Made by a program: the position numbers and the translations under genes | Notes under the pieces: model-generated | Database searches by the model: none | Told to the model about the DNA's origin: nothing | Seen by the model: the letters and a program-made list of their open reading frames with translations, nothing else | Source of the DNA: Macrostomum lignano | Taxonomy: Eukaryota | DNA length: 37,053 nucleotides | Direction: 5' to 3' | NCBI GenBank assembly: GCA_002269645.1 | Contig: NIVC01003524.1 | Location: 1 to 37,053 of the forward strand | Shown: positions 1 through 11,400 of the stretch, in pieces | Numbering within the stretch: position 1 is the stretch's first letter | Layout: the number at the start of each line of letters is the position of its first letter

Positions 1-7
1 AGTAAGT

Positions 8-296
8 CTATTCGGGGAAGATAGACGGCACCGCCCCTGGCTTCAGACACCGCCTCGACAGTTGGTCCCGGCCCTTCTTGCGGTTCGCGTTGGTGTCCAG
101 AGAGTTTTCCACGAAGTCTTGGGGTGGAAGTGCGCAGAGCAAATGGTTGAGCTCTTGGTAGGCTCGAAGTTCTGGCCTTGGATTTGCTCGCTTCCATTGT
201 TCAAGAAGGACTGCATTGTGCATAGGATAGCCATGAGAGCTCCTTGTCCGAGGAGGCTCAATTAGTGCAGCCGTGTGCTGAGCACGACTTAACCAT
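8..296 (-). pseudogene. Decayed THAP zinc-finger domain (P-element/THAP-type DNA-binding domain)
   Basis: Joining frames gives MVKSCSAHGCTN*ASSDKELS/HGYPMHNAVLLEQWKRANPR/QNFEPTKSSTICSAHFHP/QDFVENSLDT...RRCLKPGAVPSIFPE*. This has the THAP hallmarks CxxxxC, W, CxxHF and AVPSIF. ATG at 294-296, in-frame TGA at 258-260, three frameshifts. Confidence 0.85.
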
Positions 297-1316
297 TTTG
301 TTGGAACACAATTGTCAGTGCTTGAAGCAACTGCAGCAGTATTGTGAAATTGATGATGCAGGCACTGAAGGCAAAATTTTCTTTTCCATTATTGTACAGT
401 ACAGCCAGCTCGTCAGTATATATAGAACGTGGGAGTGGGACTCCCACTCATCACCTCCACTCATGACTCAGTCCGAATAGCAGACTAGTTTTCAAGATAA
501 ACGTACATGTTAAAGATTCATTGTTGGGGGATAAAATTTACCCCATGAGCTCTTCCCTGCATGCCCCTGAACTTTGCTTCTTTTCTGTGTACAGTGTCTT
601 TGTCATGTTTATGGCCAGCTTGACAGTTAAATTTTTCCTGTCTCTTTTCCTCCTTCTGGGTCTTTTCTTCTTTTGCCCCTGTGAGGTATAGAGATGGAAA
701 AAAATTGCGAAGCTTCCAGTCCAGATGCTATATAGAGAAGTCCTTGGCTGCACCCTCTTCTCTGAATACGCCTTTCTCTCTCTCTCTCTTCCTCTTTGAG
801 CATCTCTAAGTGTCCTCAGCTCGAGCCCGATATCTACTCTGGGGGGGGGGAATTTATGGACCAGGGGGTTCTGAGTCCCGTTAGAGAAAAGAATCCTCAG
901 TAAGGGTCTGCAGATAGCTAGCGGCAATAGTCAAGCATGATCGACTTTATTCCAAAAACATTGGGCGCATTTTACAAACCGCATGGTTAATCAAGGACAA
1001 AGGGCTATTGTTGACCAACGGTATACCGTCGGTTGCGCCGAAGCAATAATTTGATGAAACTAATTGCGCTTCTTGGGAAACACACGTGGCGTTGCGCGGG
1101 TCTGACAGACGCTTTTTCAGCTTCGGGCCTCAGTCGCAAGCCCCCGCCAAAAAAATCCCGCCCAATTGCAGGCTGTGCCCGTATCGTTTGGATATCGGCG
1201 TTCAACGCTGGCTCGAAGCGCCAATCGACGATGTCGGCAAGTTGCCAACGGAGCAGCCGCTTCAGCCACAGCCGCAGCCGCAGGCGCAGCCCAGCTCGCC
1301 AGCTCCGCTCCAGCTG

Positions 1317-3148
1317 ATGTCGAAGCCTCAAACTCCGACACCGCCGCACCTGCAAAATTTGGCGGCTACCGAGTTCGGCTCGCTCTCGATTCGCCGACGC
1401 GTTCAGCACCGGCCGCAGCGCAGCGCCGTCTCCCAGGTGGCCTCGGTGACCGCCGCCGGTGGCGGCGGCGGCGTCGGCGGCGGAAGCTGCCGATCCCAGC
1501 TGCTGGAGGTTCGCGGCTTCGCCACCCCATCGCCGACAACTGTTGGCGCCGTGGCCACCCTGGGCCGGGCCCGTTCTGCCGTGGTGCTCGAGGAGCTGCG
1601 CTACCGACCTCAGCAGCAGTACCTGTACCAGTACCAGCTGCAGCACCAGCAGCAGTACCAGCTGCAGCAACAGCAGAGAGTGCTCAGCCCGCAGCCTCAG
1701 CAATACCGCCGAATGCAGCAGCAGCAGCAGCCGATGCCGCAGGGCCAGTCCACCATCAGCGATCCGGCCGACTGCTGCCAGCAACTCGGCCGTCAGCGCG
1801 CCGTTTCCCAGCTGGTGTTCCGCGAGGAGTCGTTCGCTCGCACCCTGACGGCCTGCCGCCGTCACTACCAGCGCAGACTGGCGCGTCGCCTCACCGAGGT
1901 CGAGATGCGGACGCTGTTCTTCAACCAGGACGCCTTGCTGGCGGCCAGCCGCACCGCCCTGCAGCAGATTCGGAGCGCCGGCTCCGCCGAGGTGGACAAC
2001 ATCGGCCAGATCTACCGGGCCAGGCTGTTCCAGCTGTGCGACGACTACCGAGAGTACGCGGAGAACCTCGCCGAGGCCGGCCTGCCGCTGCTCGAGCGGC
2101 TCCGGGCCACCATTCCGAGCCTCGTTGCCGACGCGCGACTGCCAGCCGACCAGTTCGAGGCCGTGGGTGACGAACTGGAGGACGAAGATGACGATGATGA
2201 CGACGACGACGATCTGCAGCCGCCGCCACCGCCGCTCCGCACCTGCCTGCTCCGCCCGGTGTCGCACCTCTCCGGTCTGGCGCGCGACTTCAGCGCCATT
2301 CTGGCCTGCACCCCGACCGCGCACTATGACCACCTGTTCGCCGAGGACGTTCAGCAGAATCTTGAGCACTGCGTCTCGTTGATGCCGCAGATGCCACCGG
2401 AGTTGCCGCCGAATCTGGCGATGTCGCTGACGGCCTCCGGCGGGAACTCCGCCTTGGGAGCATCGAACCTACCGCCGCAATCGCCGGCCGCTCAGCAGCG
2501 ACACCGACAACGTCGCCGACTGCGCACAGTCTCGTAGCCTCATCGTCCGGAGTTTCCAGCGAGCAGTCGGGCGTCGCCGCTGCAACCGATCACCAGCATC
2601 ACGCGCACCTTCTGCATCACCAGCAGCACCAGCTGCATCAGCACTCGCAGTCGGACGTCCTCGGCGGCAGCAGCGGCAATGACTTGACGGCCCTGCAGCA
2701 GCGCCTGATCTTCCCCGGTCACGTGCGGCCGTTTCACCTGCCCGCGCCGGGTCGCCGCCTCGCCCTGTCCGGCGAGCTGCTCTGGCACCCGACTCCGCAG
2801 CAGCAGCAGCAGAAGATCATGCTGCAGTCCCGCCGGGTCCACGCCGTTCTGCTCACCGACCTCCTGCTGCTCACCCAGCGCCGGCCCGGCGACGCCTGCC
2901 TGCTGGCCCTGGCGGAGCCGTGCCGCCTCTCCGGCTGCTGCCAGGCCGCCTTTGACTGTCCCGGGCGCCTCTTCCAGCTGGCCTTCTCGCCGCTGACTAT
3001 GGCGGGCTCTTCGACTACGTCGACCGGTGCGTCGGGTGGCGGCGTTGGCGGCCTCGTGCTGCTGCTGGAGGCGCCCAGCTGCGAGGCCAAACAGCTGTGG
3101 CGGCTGTGCATCGCCCAGCTGCTCCTGGGAGGCATCGCCGCCTGCTGA
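1317..3148 (+). CDS. Divergent RhoGEF-like protein (Q/P-rich N-terminus, DH domain, C-terminal PH domain); one -1 frameshift near 2377
   Basis: ORF 1086-2537 contains DH-like segments (VSQLVFREESFARTL..Y; LFFNQDALL; LLRPVSHL..FSAILACTPTAHYDH). The -1 frame is open 2366-3148 and encodes a PH-like fold (RRLALSGEL; VHAVLLTDLLLL; LLLEAPSCEAKQLWRLCI). First in-frame ATG is 1317; a candidate acceptor tttttcag ends at 1120, so the true start may be upstream. About 610 aa from 1317. Confidence 0.75.
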
Positions 3149-3371
3149 TGAAGGAGAGAGACTGGCTGAGTAGAAGGACGAACTGATTGGTTTGAGATTT
3201 ATTAATTTTCATTTATCTTTGCCATACGCGGTGCAAGCAAGGACGACACTCAACTAGAAGGACGGGAAAAATTGTTTCTTGGAAAATTTTAGGAGGCCGG
3301 TTTTTCCGAAAAATACACAACGGAGATGGAAGTTTTCATTTTTTCGGCGCAAAAATAGTTATTGCTTTTGA

Positions 3372-3764
3372 TAGGAGGCAGACCTAATGTTCATCTTTTG
3401 ATATGTTGTGCCTTTCTTTTAGCTCTATTGATATTCATGAAGCTTCTTGTTCAGAAAATTAGGATTCTATGTTTACTATCTAAACATCATAAAAATGCGT
3501 GGCACAGCTCGACTTTTTGGTTTTAGAAGTGGATTTGATCATCTCTGTTAGAAATATTGTTACAAACTCGGCAAAGAATGACAAAATAGATTTTAAAACC
3601 GTGCCACTTTAATGGTTCTTAGACACAGGACATCTACAAATGTAAGTGGAATAAAAATTATGAATAGAATCCTATTTTTCTGAACGAAAAGTGTCGGGAA
3701 TATCAATGGAGCTATAACAAAAAGGCAAACATATAAAAAAAGATCAGCACTGGGCCTGCCTCCT
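3372..3764. mobile_element. AT-rich foldback / MITE-like element with ~100-bp imperfect terminal inverted repeats
   Basis: 3371-3470 matches the reverse complement of 3664-3765 (e.g. ttgttcagaaaattaggattctat versus atagaatcctatttttctgaacga; ggaggcagacct versus gggcctgcctcc). No clear TSD. Confidence 0.6.
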
Positions 3765-5809
3765 GTCCTTCAACTTAATAAGTCCTTGAGTGCAAGTGGG
3801 GGAGCAGCGTCTACTTGTCTCACTTGACGCTCAGTTGAGAGTTAAAACTCGAAATTTCAAAAGCTCCCCAAATACTCTCGTATAAAGCAAGACCTGTGCG
3901 TACGCCGTTATATCCAGATTTTAATGATAATTTCACATATCATTTTGGACATTTTGGCATTGCTGTTCGTTTCCATTCGCAACACATGTACAGTTTTGCA
4001 GCACCGACGAGTCTTCATCACGAACCCATCATTTACTACAAGGCCCTTCATTTTCATTGTGCAAATCGTTCACGCATTCGCAGGCTTGCTGTTTGTCTTT
4101 CAAGTTTGTTTGCGCGTATGGGCTTTGTTAACTTAATCCCGATTGCAACTCTCTGGACTCAGCGGATGAAGCTCAAGATCCTGCATGGGCAGAGAGGAGA
4201 GCGGGTGAGCTGGCAGATGGGGAGATTGTGTCCCAACAAGGGAAGGAGAATTAGGAGCTCAGAACAGATACTAGAGTGGGGCTTGTCCGAGATGAGGCGA
4301 TGGGGAGGCTGAGGCTGAGCTAGTGCACTCCCAGAGACGGATACTCCGCTCTGCCAGGAAGTGGCAGTGGATTTTCTGGGAGATTAGAGTACGGGTGCGT
4401 CCTGAGGCCAAGTGTGAGCAGTTCTCAAAGCTTAGCGATAATGGTATGTACATTTCGTGAATACTAAAAAAGTGCCTATCCTGATTACGCCACTCTAGTG
4501 TGGTTAATTCTCTATTTTCGATATGACCCTAAGTCGCTTTGAACTATTATTCTGCAACAATCTCTTTTTAATTAGAAGTAAATCACATTTCTTGTACACA
4601 GAACGGTATGATTGTTAACCGATTGCAAAGTAGTACACAGAATTTCCATCAGTATGCACCAGATTAGATTTTACACAAACGGCTCCATTTAAATTTGTAA
4701 ATTTCTCATTTTAACTCTAGCCTTTTTAGTCAGCTTTTCATGGTCTAATTATACTCTTGAATTATACTCAAGCTTATTTTCAAAAAGTTTTATTATCATT
4801 TTCAAGCACAAATGTTTGTAGAACCCTATATGTAGTTTTGCTGCATACGACACAGTAAGTAGCACATATTTGTTATATTTTAGCGCAGTCACAACCCCGA
4901 GCTCTGAACTGTTTTTTTTCACGGAAAGCAAATTTATTTTTCAAGCTATGTATATTTTCGAGTCCATGTCAATTCTATGTCAAAAGCTTTAACAATTATA
5001 AAGTCTTAATTCAAATATAACACTGTACACACTTTTAATACTTCTTTTTCAAAAACTAATTTAATTTATATCTATATAGAGAGCATAAAATGAAAACAAA
5101 TCCAAATGTTTAATGGTTTTGTTGAGCTTTTTAAAAGTGACACTGAAGAGAACAAAACATAAACTAACTTATGTTGAATATTCTTCGGATCGGGCTAACA
5201 TACGAGTACATATGTACATATAATATAATCATATACATTTCCATATCAGTAGCTCGTATGTATACAAGTGTATTTCCGAAGAGTCATATAAAAATAACTA
5301 TATGAGGTCACGCAAAAAAAGCATTGGAAAAACATCTACATCTGCATGTGGAATAAAAATATCAAAATTTTTAAACATAAAGCTACGCAAAAACAATAAG
5401 GTGTGCTTTTAATCAGCAAAAATAATAGTGCGCAAATAAAAGTACGTACATGTTGAAAAAGTTTTCCGGTGTTTTCAAAATATTATTAAGATATAACAAA
5501 TAATTTTACAACATATATTCGCTGCTTGCAAAACAAACCGAAGAGACAAGTTAAAAAAAGCTTTAAAATAAACTTTAAAAGCATGAAAATCAATGCTATT
5601 TTTGATTACCCTTTTTATGGCAAGAATCTGTGTGTAACTCGTTCGTCATTGGCTGAGCCATTAACTGGGGAGAGTAAGATTGAGCGCTGTTTGAGGTGGG
5701 TTGTTTATTGAGGTTGCCCGCTTTTTCGGCGTCCACCTTAACAGTTTCTCATAGTTTTTTATGGCAAACCCTTTCTTGTTTTTCCCATCGAAAATTCATT
5801 GTCTGACAC

Positions 5810-5981
5810 CAGGGGCGGATCCAGAGGGGGGGGCCAAGGGGGCCATGGCCGCGGCCAAAGAAATTTTGATCATACTTTTTTGGCCTGCTTCTATGCCAGG
5901 TCTACTTTCCAATATGGGGTTGTAGTGTTTGGTATATCTATAGTTGCCCCCCCCCTCAAAAATTTTCTGGATCCGCGCCTG
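5810..5981. mobile_element. hAT-type MITE, 172 bp
   Basis: 15-bp TIRs CAGGGGCGGATCCAG / CTGGATCCGCGCCTG (1 mismatch) and a perfect 8-bp TSD TCTGACAC at 5802-5809 and 5982-5989. An 8-bp TSD is characteristic of the hAT superfamily. Confidence 0.9.
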
Positions 5982-6030
5982 TCTGACACAGCTAATAGGA
6001 AGACTAACAGCAATTTCACGAAGCTTGCAA

Positions 6031-6545
6031 ATGGAGATTGGACGTCGCCTGACGGACAAGCAACGTATTGATCTCCTGTCAAAGTTTTACTTAGAGAAAA
6101 GAAGTGTAGCTGAAATTAGTAGCGAAATTCAGGTCTTCCTGGCGTGCCATCAGGCGCCATCCTACTCTGTCAAGGACAAAAATTAGCAAGGATAAATCTC
6201 TGCCCCGAAAATGGGGGCTTCATCGATGCGCTGCTTGACGCCATGGGCCAAGTTTCAGCTCAAGACTTGTGCAATAGGGTGAGATTAAAGTTTGGTTTGC
6301 GCCTTTCTATCTGCACAATGAAGAGAATTCGGCGACTGCTGGGTTGGGTTCGAACAACAACACAGTATTGCCAGATGATAAAGTTGAAAAGCAACCCATT
6401 TGGCTATTCTGTGGAGCCACCTCAAGGATCATCTGGAAAAGAAGATCAAGCCAAAGACGGAGCAAGCACTGGCCGATGGAATTGAAGAATTCTGGAAGCT
6501 ACTGGCTGTTCAGATGTGCAACAAATTTATAGATAATATTTTTCC
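6031..6545 (+). mobile_element. Tc1/mariner (IS630-Tc1) transposase relic, internally deleted and frameshifted
   Basis: N-terminal HTH-like MEIGRRLTDKQRIDLL, then GFIDALL..VSAQDL..KFGL.LS..TMKRIRRLLGW..TTQYCQMI, joined directly to the C-terminal NP(I)..LWSHLKDHLEKKIKPKTEQALADGIEEFW..CNKFIDNI. The central DDE core is missing. Confidence 0.8.
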
Positions 6546-7317
6546 GTACTGCCCTCTGTCATGTTACAGTCAGGACTTCCCTCAGGATTTTAAGCTTGTT
6601 TGCCTGCTTCTTGTTTGTAACACGGGGACTCTCAGCTACGCTCGTAGTTTGCTCGGTGCGGGGCCATGGGGTGGGTGTTCTCGGAGCTAAGGCACCCTCT
6701 TGTTGGTGTATACCGACAGGCAGTTTCACTACCCAGTCCTATTAGCCGGTTTGAGGCAAAGCAAGCTATGATGCTCGCCCTTATTCGTTTCAATCCTTCA
6801 CCAGGGTGAGTTATTTATTTGTCCACAGAGCCTCTATTTTACGATAGTCCGAATAGAGTATTCGAATAGTCCGAAGTCAGCCAAGTCTTTCTTATTCTCT
6901 GAACAAATGGGGAATGGGGATCAAACTATAACAGTCTACTGCAAATACCGTGCTCCATGGTTCAGACTTTGGGACTTCGAAAAGGTGGGCGGGGTGGCTG
7001 TCAATTCAAGCTTGAATGAGCAGAGTTAATTTATGGTCACTGTCGTCAAGCCCCCTTTCTCCTTATGCGCATTGATTGTGACTGTGGATCGTTACACACA
7101 ATCCAACCCTAGAGTAACTTTTTTTCAATTTTGGCCTACTGGTACGATTGAAAAGCAGACTATAGTCTAAATAACTGACTGGCTTGCATCGTAATAAAAA
7201 TATATTTATAACAGCTCACCTTAAAAGTCACATATCGTCATCTTTTGTCAGTCTTTTTCAGTTCCAACTTTTGGCCTATTGTTTCGGTTTGTATAGCGAT
7301 AAAAACAGCACGCAAAG

Positions 7318-7632
7318 AACTCACTCACTCACTCACACTCACTTGCAAATTAACTTCAATCACTCACTCACTCACACTCACCCACTCGCTCACACTCACT
7401 CACTCACTCACACTCACTCACCCACTCGCTCACACTCACTCACTCGCTCACACTCACTCACTCACACTCACTCAGTCGCTCACAATCACACTCACTCGCT
7501 CACACTCACTCACTCACACTCACTCACTCACTCAGTCGCTCACAGTCACTCACTCGCTCACACTCACTCTCTCACTCGCTCTCACCACTCACTCACTCAC
7601 TCGCTCACACACTCACTCTCTCACTCGCTCAC
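7318..7632 (+). repeat. Compound (CACT)n/(CACTCG)/(CA) microsatellite
   Basis: Directly visible ctcactcactcacactcac... array; the HSLT/THS-repeat ORFs over it are artefacts of the repeat. Confidence 0.95.
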
Positions 7633-8425
7633 ACTCAGGAAGTTCGAGATTGGGTTTTAAGTTAAGCTTTCTTATTTTAGGTGTATATTGTAAAACATTT
7701 TGTTTTACAAGACGAACTGTCGGCAGATGAATGAACTGGAAACCCTTGACGGTGCACACCATATTATCCCTCCATTGTCATGTTGCTCACTACTTATTTT
7801 GTAATTAACATTGTAAACTGCATAAAAAACGAAAATTTTTCACTTCGCCGTTCGCTGGAATTAATGAATTTTTACATTAATGTTAACATCAAAGTACTCA
7901 TTGCTGTTATTCAACAAAAATCTCAAAATTCTAATTTAAAATTAATTGTATAACGATTACGAGAATCTTAGTATGCAACTTTCTAGGCAACAATTTTCAC
8001 TGCTTTGAGACTATTTATATAACTACACTCCGAAATATATCAAGCAAATCTCTGTGAGCTCGTACAAGCCCTGAACCCCCCCCCATTTCGCACACCATGC
8101 ATGCACCAACCCCAATTATCCCCATCCCCAGGGGGTTTTCTCTCTCGATTCAGCCTACAAGCTCAATAAACGCTCAGCCAATGGAGAGAGAGTTACACAC
8201 AGATTCTCGCGAAATCTCGCGAGGGTCTCGCGAGATTTGAGCCTTTCCTCGCGAACCCAACTGTAATTAAGAGGGGCGCCCACCCACCAAAGGACAGGGG
8301 CGCCGACCTACAGACAGCTGGGCTCCCACCCCACCAAGACACCATAAGTATTGACGCCCCTTAGGGTTGCAGCACCTCCAATTAAAATTCCACTGCTATG
8401 TAGAACGGAATAACAAAATACTCAA

Positions 8426-11400
8426 TCAATCAAATTCAGCGTCATCTGCCTGACTGCCATCCTGGTCGTCACTTCCGCCTGCGCTGTCCCGATCCTCGAG
8501 TCCCGAGGACAGCGCGGCCAAGTCTCGGTCGTCCAGCTGAAACTTCTCGCGAGCCGCTGCCGCTGTGCCATCCGAGGAGCTGCCGGCAACTGTGACCGCT
8601 GCCGAATGCGGCGAGTCCACACTGTAGCCAGGATGATGAGAGACCAGTGAGTGAGGCAAGTTATTTTAACACAAAGAACAGATTATTAATCGATCGAGCA
8701 GGAAATATGCAGGTGACGAACAAAAATATCAAGATGTAACCAGGTAGGTACTCAGGATGTAATCAGGAGATCAGGAAGAGACCAGGTGTCCAGGAAGAGA
8801 CCAGGTGTCCAGGAAGAGACCAGGTGTCCAGGAAGAGACCAGGTGTCCAGGAAGAGACCAGGTGTCCAGGAAGAGACCAGGTGTCCAGGAAGAGACCAGG
8901 TGTCCAGGAAGAGACCAGGTGTCCAGGAAGAGACCAGGTGTCCAGGAAGAGACCAAGTGATCAGGAAAGGACCAGGTGATCAGGAAAGGACTAGGTGATC
9001 AGGAAAGGACCAGGTGATCAGGAAAAGACCAGGTGATCAGGAAAGGACCAGGTGATCAGGAAAGGACCAGGTGATCAGGAAAGGACCAGGTGATCAGGAA
9101 GAGACCAGGTGTTCAGGAAAGGACCAGTTGGTCAGGAAGAGACCAGGTGTCCAGGAAGAGACCAAGTGATCAGGAAAGGACCAGGTGATCAGGAAAGGAC
9201 TAGGTGATCAGGAAAGGACCAGGTGATCAGGAAAAGACCAGGTGATCAGGAAAGGACCAGGTGATCAGGAAAGGACCAGGTGATCAGGAAGAGACCAGGT
9301 GTTCAGGAAAGGACCAGTTGGTCAGGAAGAGACCAGGTGTCCAGGAAGAGACCAAGTGATCAGGAAAGGACCAGGTGATCAGGAAAGGACCAGGTGATCA
9401 GGAAAGGACCAGGTGATCAGGAAAGGACCAGGTGATCAGGAAAGGACCAGGTGATCAGGAAAGGACCAGGTGATCAGGAAAGGACCAGGTGGTCAGGAAA
9501 AGACCAGGAGGTGGTCAGGAAGAGACTAGGTGACCAGAAAGAGACCAGGTCATCAGGAAGTGACGAGGTGATCAGTACTCCTATGTAACCATGCAGGTAT
9601 TCAAGGAGTAACCAAGTGTTCAGGATGTAGCCAGGTGCTTAGGATGAAACCAGGTGATCAAGAAGCGACCAGCTTATCAGAAATAGAAAAGAAAGCGACT
9701 GGATGGTTAGTAGGCAATTCAAGAGATCATAACTCGTAGTAGTTTAAAGTGTAGCTGGGTTATCAGAAAGTGATTCAGAGGTACTCAGGATGCTGATCAG
9801 CATCAAGCAGTCCTATACCTGCAGCAGAACACGCTGCACATTCGCTCCAAATCAGCTACAACTTCGGACTCCATCGAGTAGTCCAACTCCGAGCTGGAGT
9901 TCTCGCCGCCTTCACCGTCGGGTGCTCGCCGTCGCCACAGCCTGACGCAGTCGTGCTCAGCCCAGGACGCCAGACACCGGTCGTCGCGGCTCCAGCGCAA
10001 GCCCACAACCCAGGATCCGTGCCCGTCATCAACTGACATCAGCTGAACAAGACGGCACCAATCCGCTACCGTGACTCGTCGATCGTGGCTGCCCCCGGTT
10101 GCTAGGAGACAGCTCTGACGCGCGAATGCTACGGCAGTCACCGGTGACTTGCCATTCTTACTGTTGTGCGCTCGATAGACCAACGAATTTGGCGCCCAAG
10201 ATGGCGCCGGGTGAAAAACGGCGCGGCTTTTCAAGCGGCGCTCCAGTTGACGGCAGACAGTGGCGTGAGCTACCGCCGCGCTCGCGTCCGTCGCTTGCCA
10301 CAAACAGGTGAAAACGTCACCAGCGGATGTTCCGGAGGCCTGCGGTTCCGGATTTGGCATGGGTTTGCTCAAAGTCATTCTCATCAAAGCCTAATGAGAT
10401 CAGGTGATTAGCGAGTGACCAGGTGATCAGTGAATGATCGGGTGATCAGTGAGGGAACAGGTGATCAGTGAGGGAACAGGTGATAAATGATTGACCAGGT
10501 AATCAGCCAGTGACCAGATGATCAGCCAGTGACCAGGTGATCAGCCAGTGACCAGGTGATCAGCCAGTGACCAGGTGATCAGCCATTGACCAGGTGATCA
10601 GTGAGTGACCAGGTAATCAGCCATTGACCAGGTGATCAGCCAGTGACCAGGTAATCAGCCATTGACCAGGTGATCAGCCAGTGACCAGGTGATCAGCGAG
10701 TGACCAGGTGATCAGCCAGTGACCAGGTGATCAGTGAGTGACCAGGTGATCAGCCAGTGACCAGGTGATCAGCGAGTGACCAGGTGATCAGTGAGGGAAC
10801 AGGTGATCAGTGAGTGACCAGGTGATCAGCGAGTGACCAGGTGATCAGTGAGTGACCAGGTGATCAGCCAGTGACCAGGTGATCAGTGAGTGACCAGGTG
10901 ATCAGCCAGTGACCAGGTGATCAGCGAGTGACCAGGTGATCAGTGAGGGAACAGGTGATCAGTGAGTGACCAGGTGATCAGTGAGTGACCAGGTGATCAG
11001 CCATTGACCAGGTGATCAGTGAGTGACCAGGTGATAAGCGAATGACCAGGTGATCAGTGAGTGACCAGGTGATCAGCGAGTGACTGATCAGGTGATCAGT
11101 GAGTGACCAGGTGATCAACCAGTGACAGGTTGATTCAGTCGAAATAAGAAATTTTATTTCATAGAAAACTCACTATGAAACGTAGAAAAAGCAAGGGTTC
11201 TGTCCTTTTTCAACCCCTTTCACAAGCGCTAAACTTGACTTTGACAGTCACTTTCTTGAGCTCTGAACATTTCGTGGTTAAAAATGTAGCATTTTCTACA
11301 ATATACGTGCAGTTTTCATCAATTCACGCAATGAAGCAACGAAGTTTGTCTTACAATGACGCGATTGTCAAACGAAATCGAGCAGGACAAGCAGGGCCGC

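Noticed and set aside
538-927. 129-aa minus-strand ORF with a basic stretch
   Set aside because: TTG start, driven by purine/pyrimidine-rich low complexity; no domain or splice support.
1005-2369. 454-aa minus-strand ORF and other overlapping ORFs
   Set aside because: Antisense or shifted shadows of the GC-rich RhoGEF-like CDS, with no domain signal.
4136-4453. Possible LINE C-terminal remnant (GRTRTLISQKIHCHFLAERSIRLW)
   Set aside because: Only faint similarity to the RTRGH...FF..R.I..WN tail motif; too short and degenerate to support.
8772-11125. Regular repeats as a possible CRISPR array
   Set aside because: Units are head-to-tail with no unique spacers, there are no cas genes, and the context is a eukaryotic intron.
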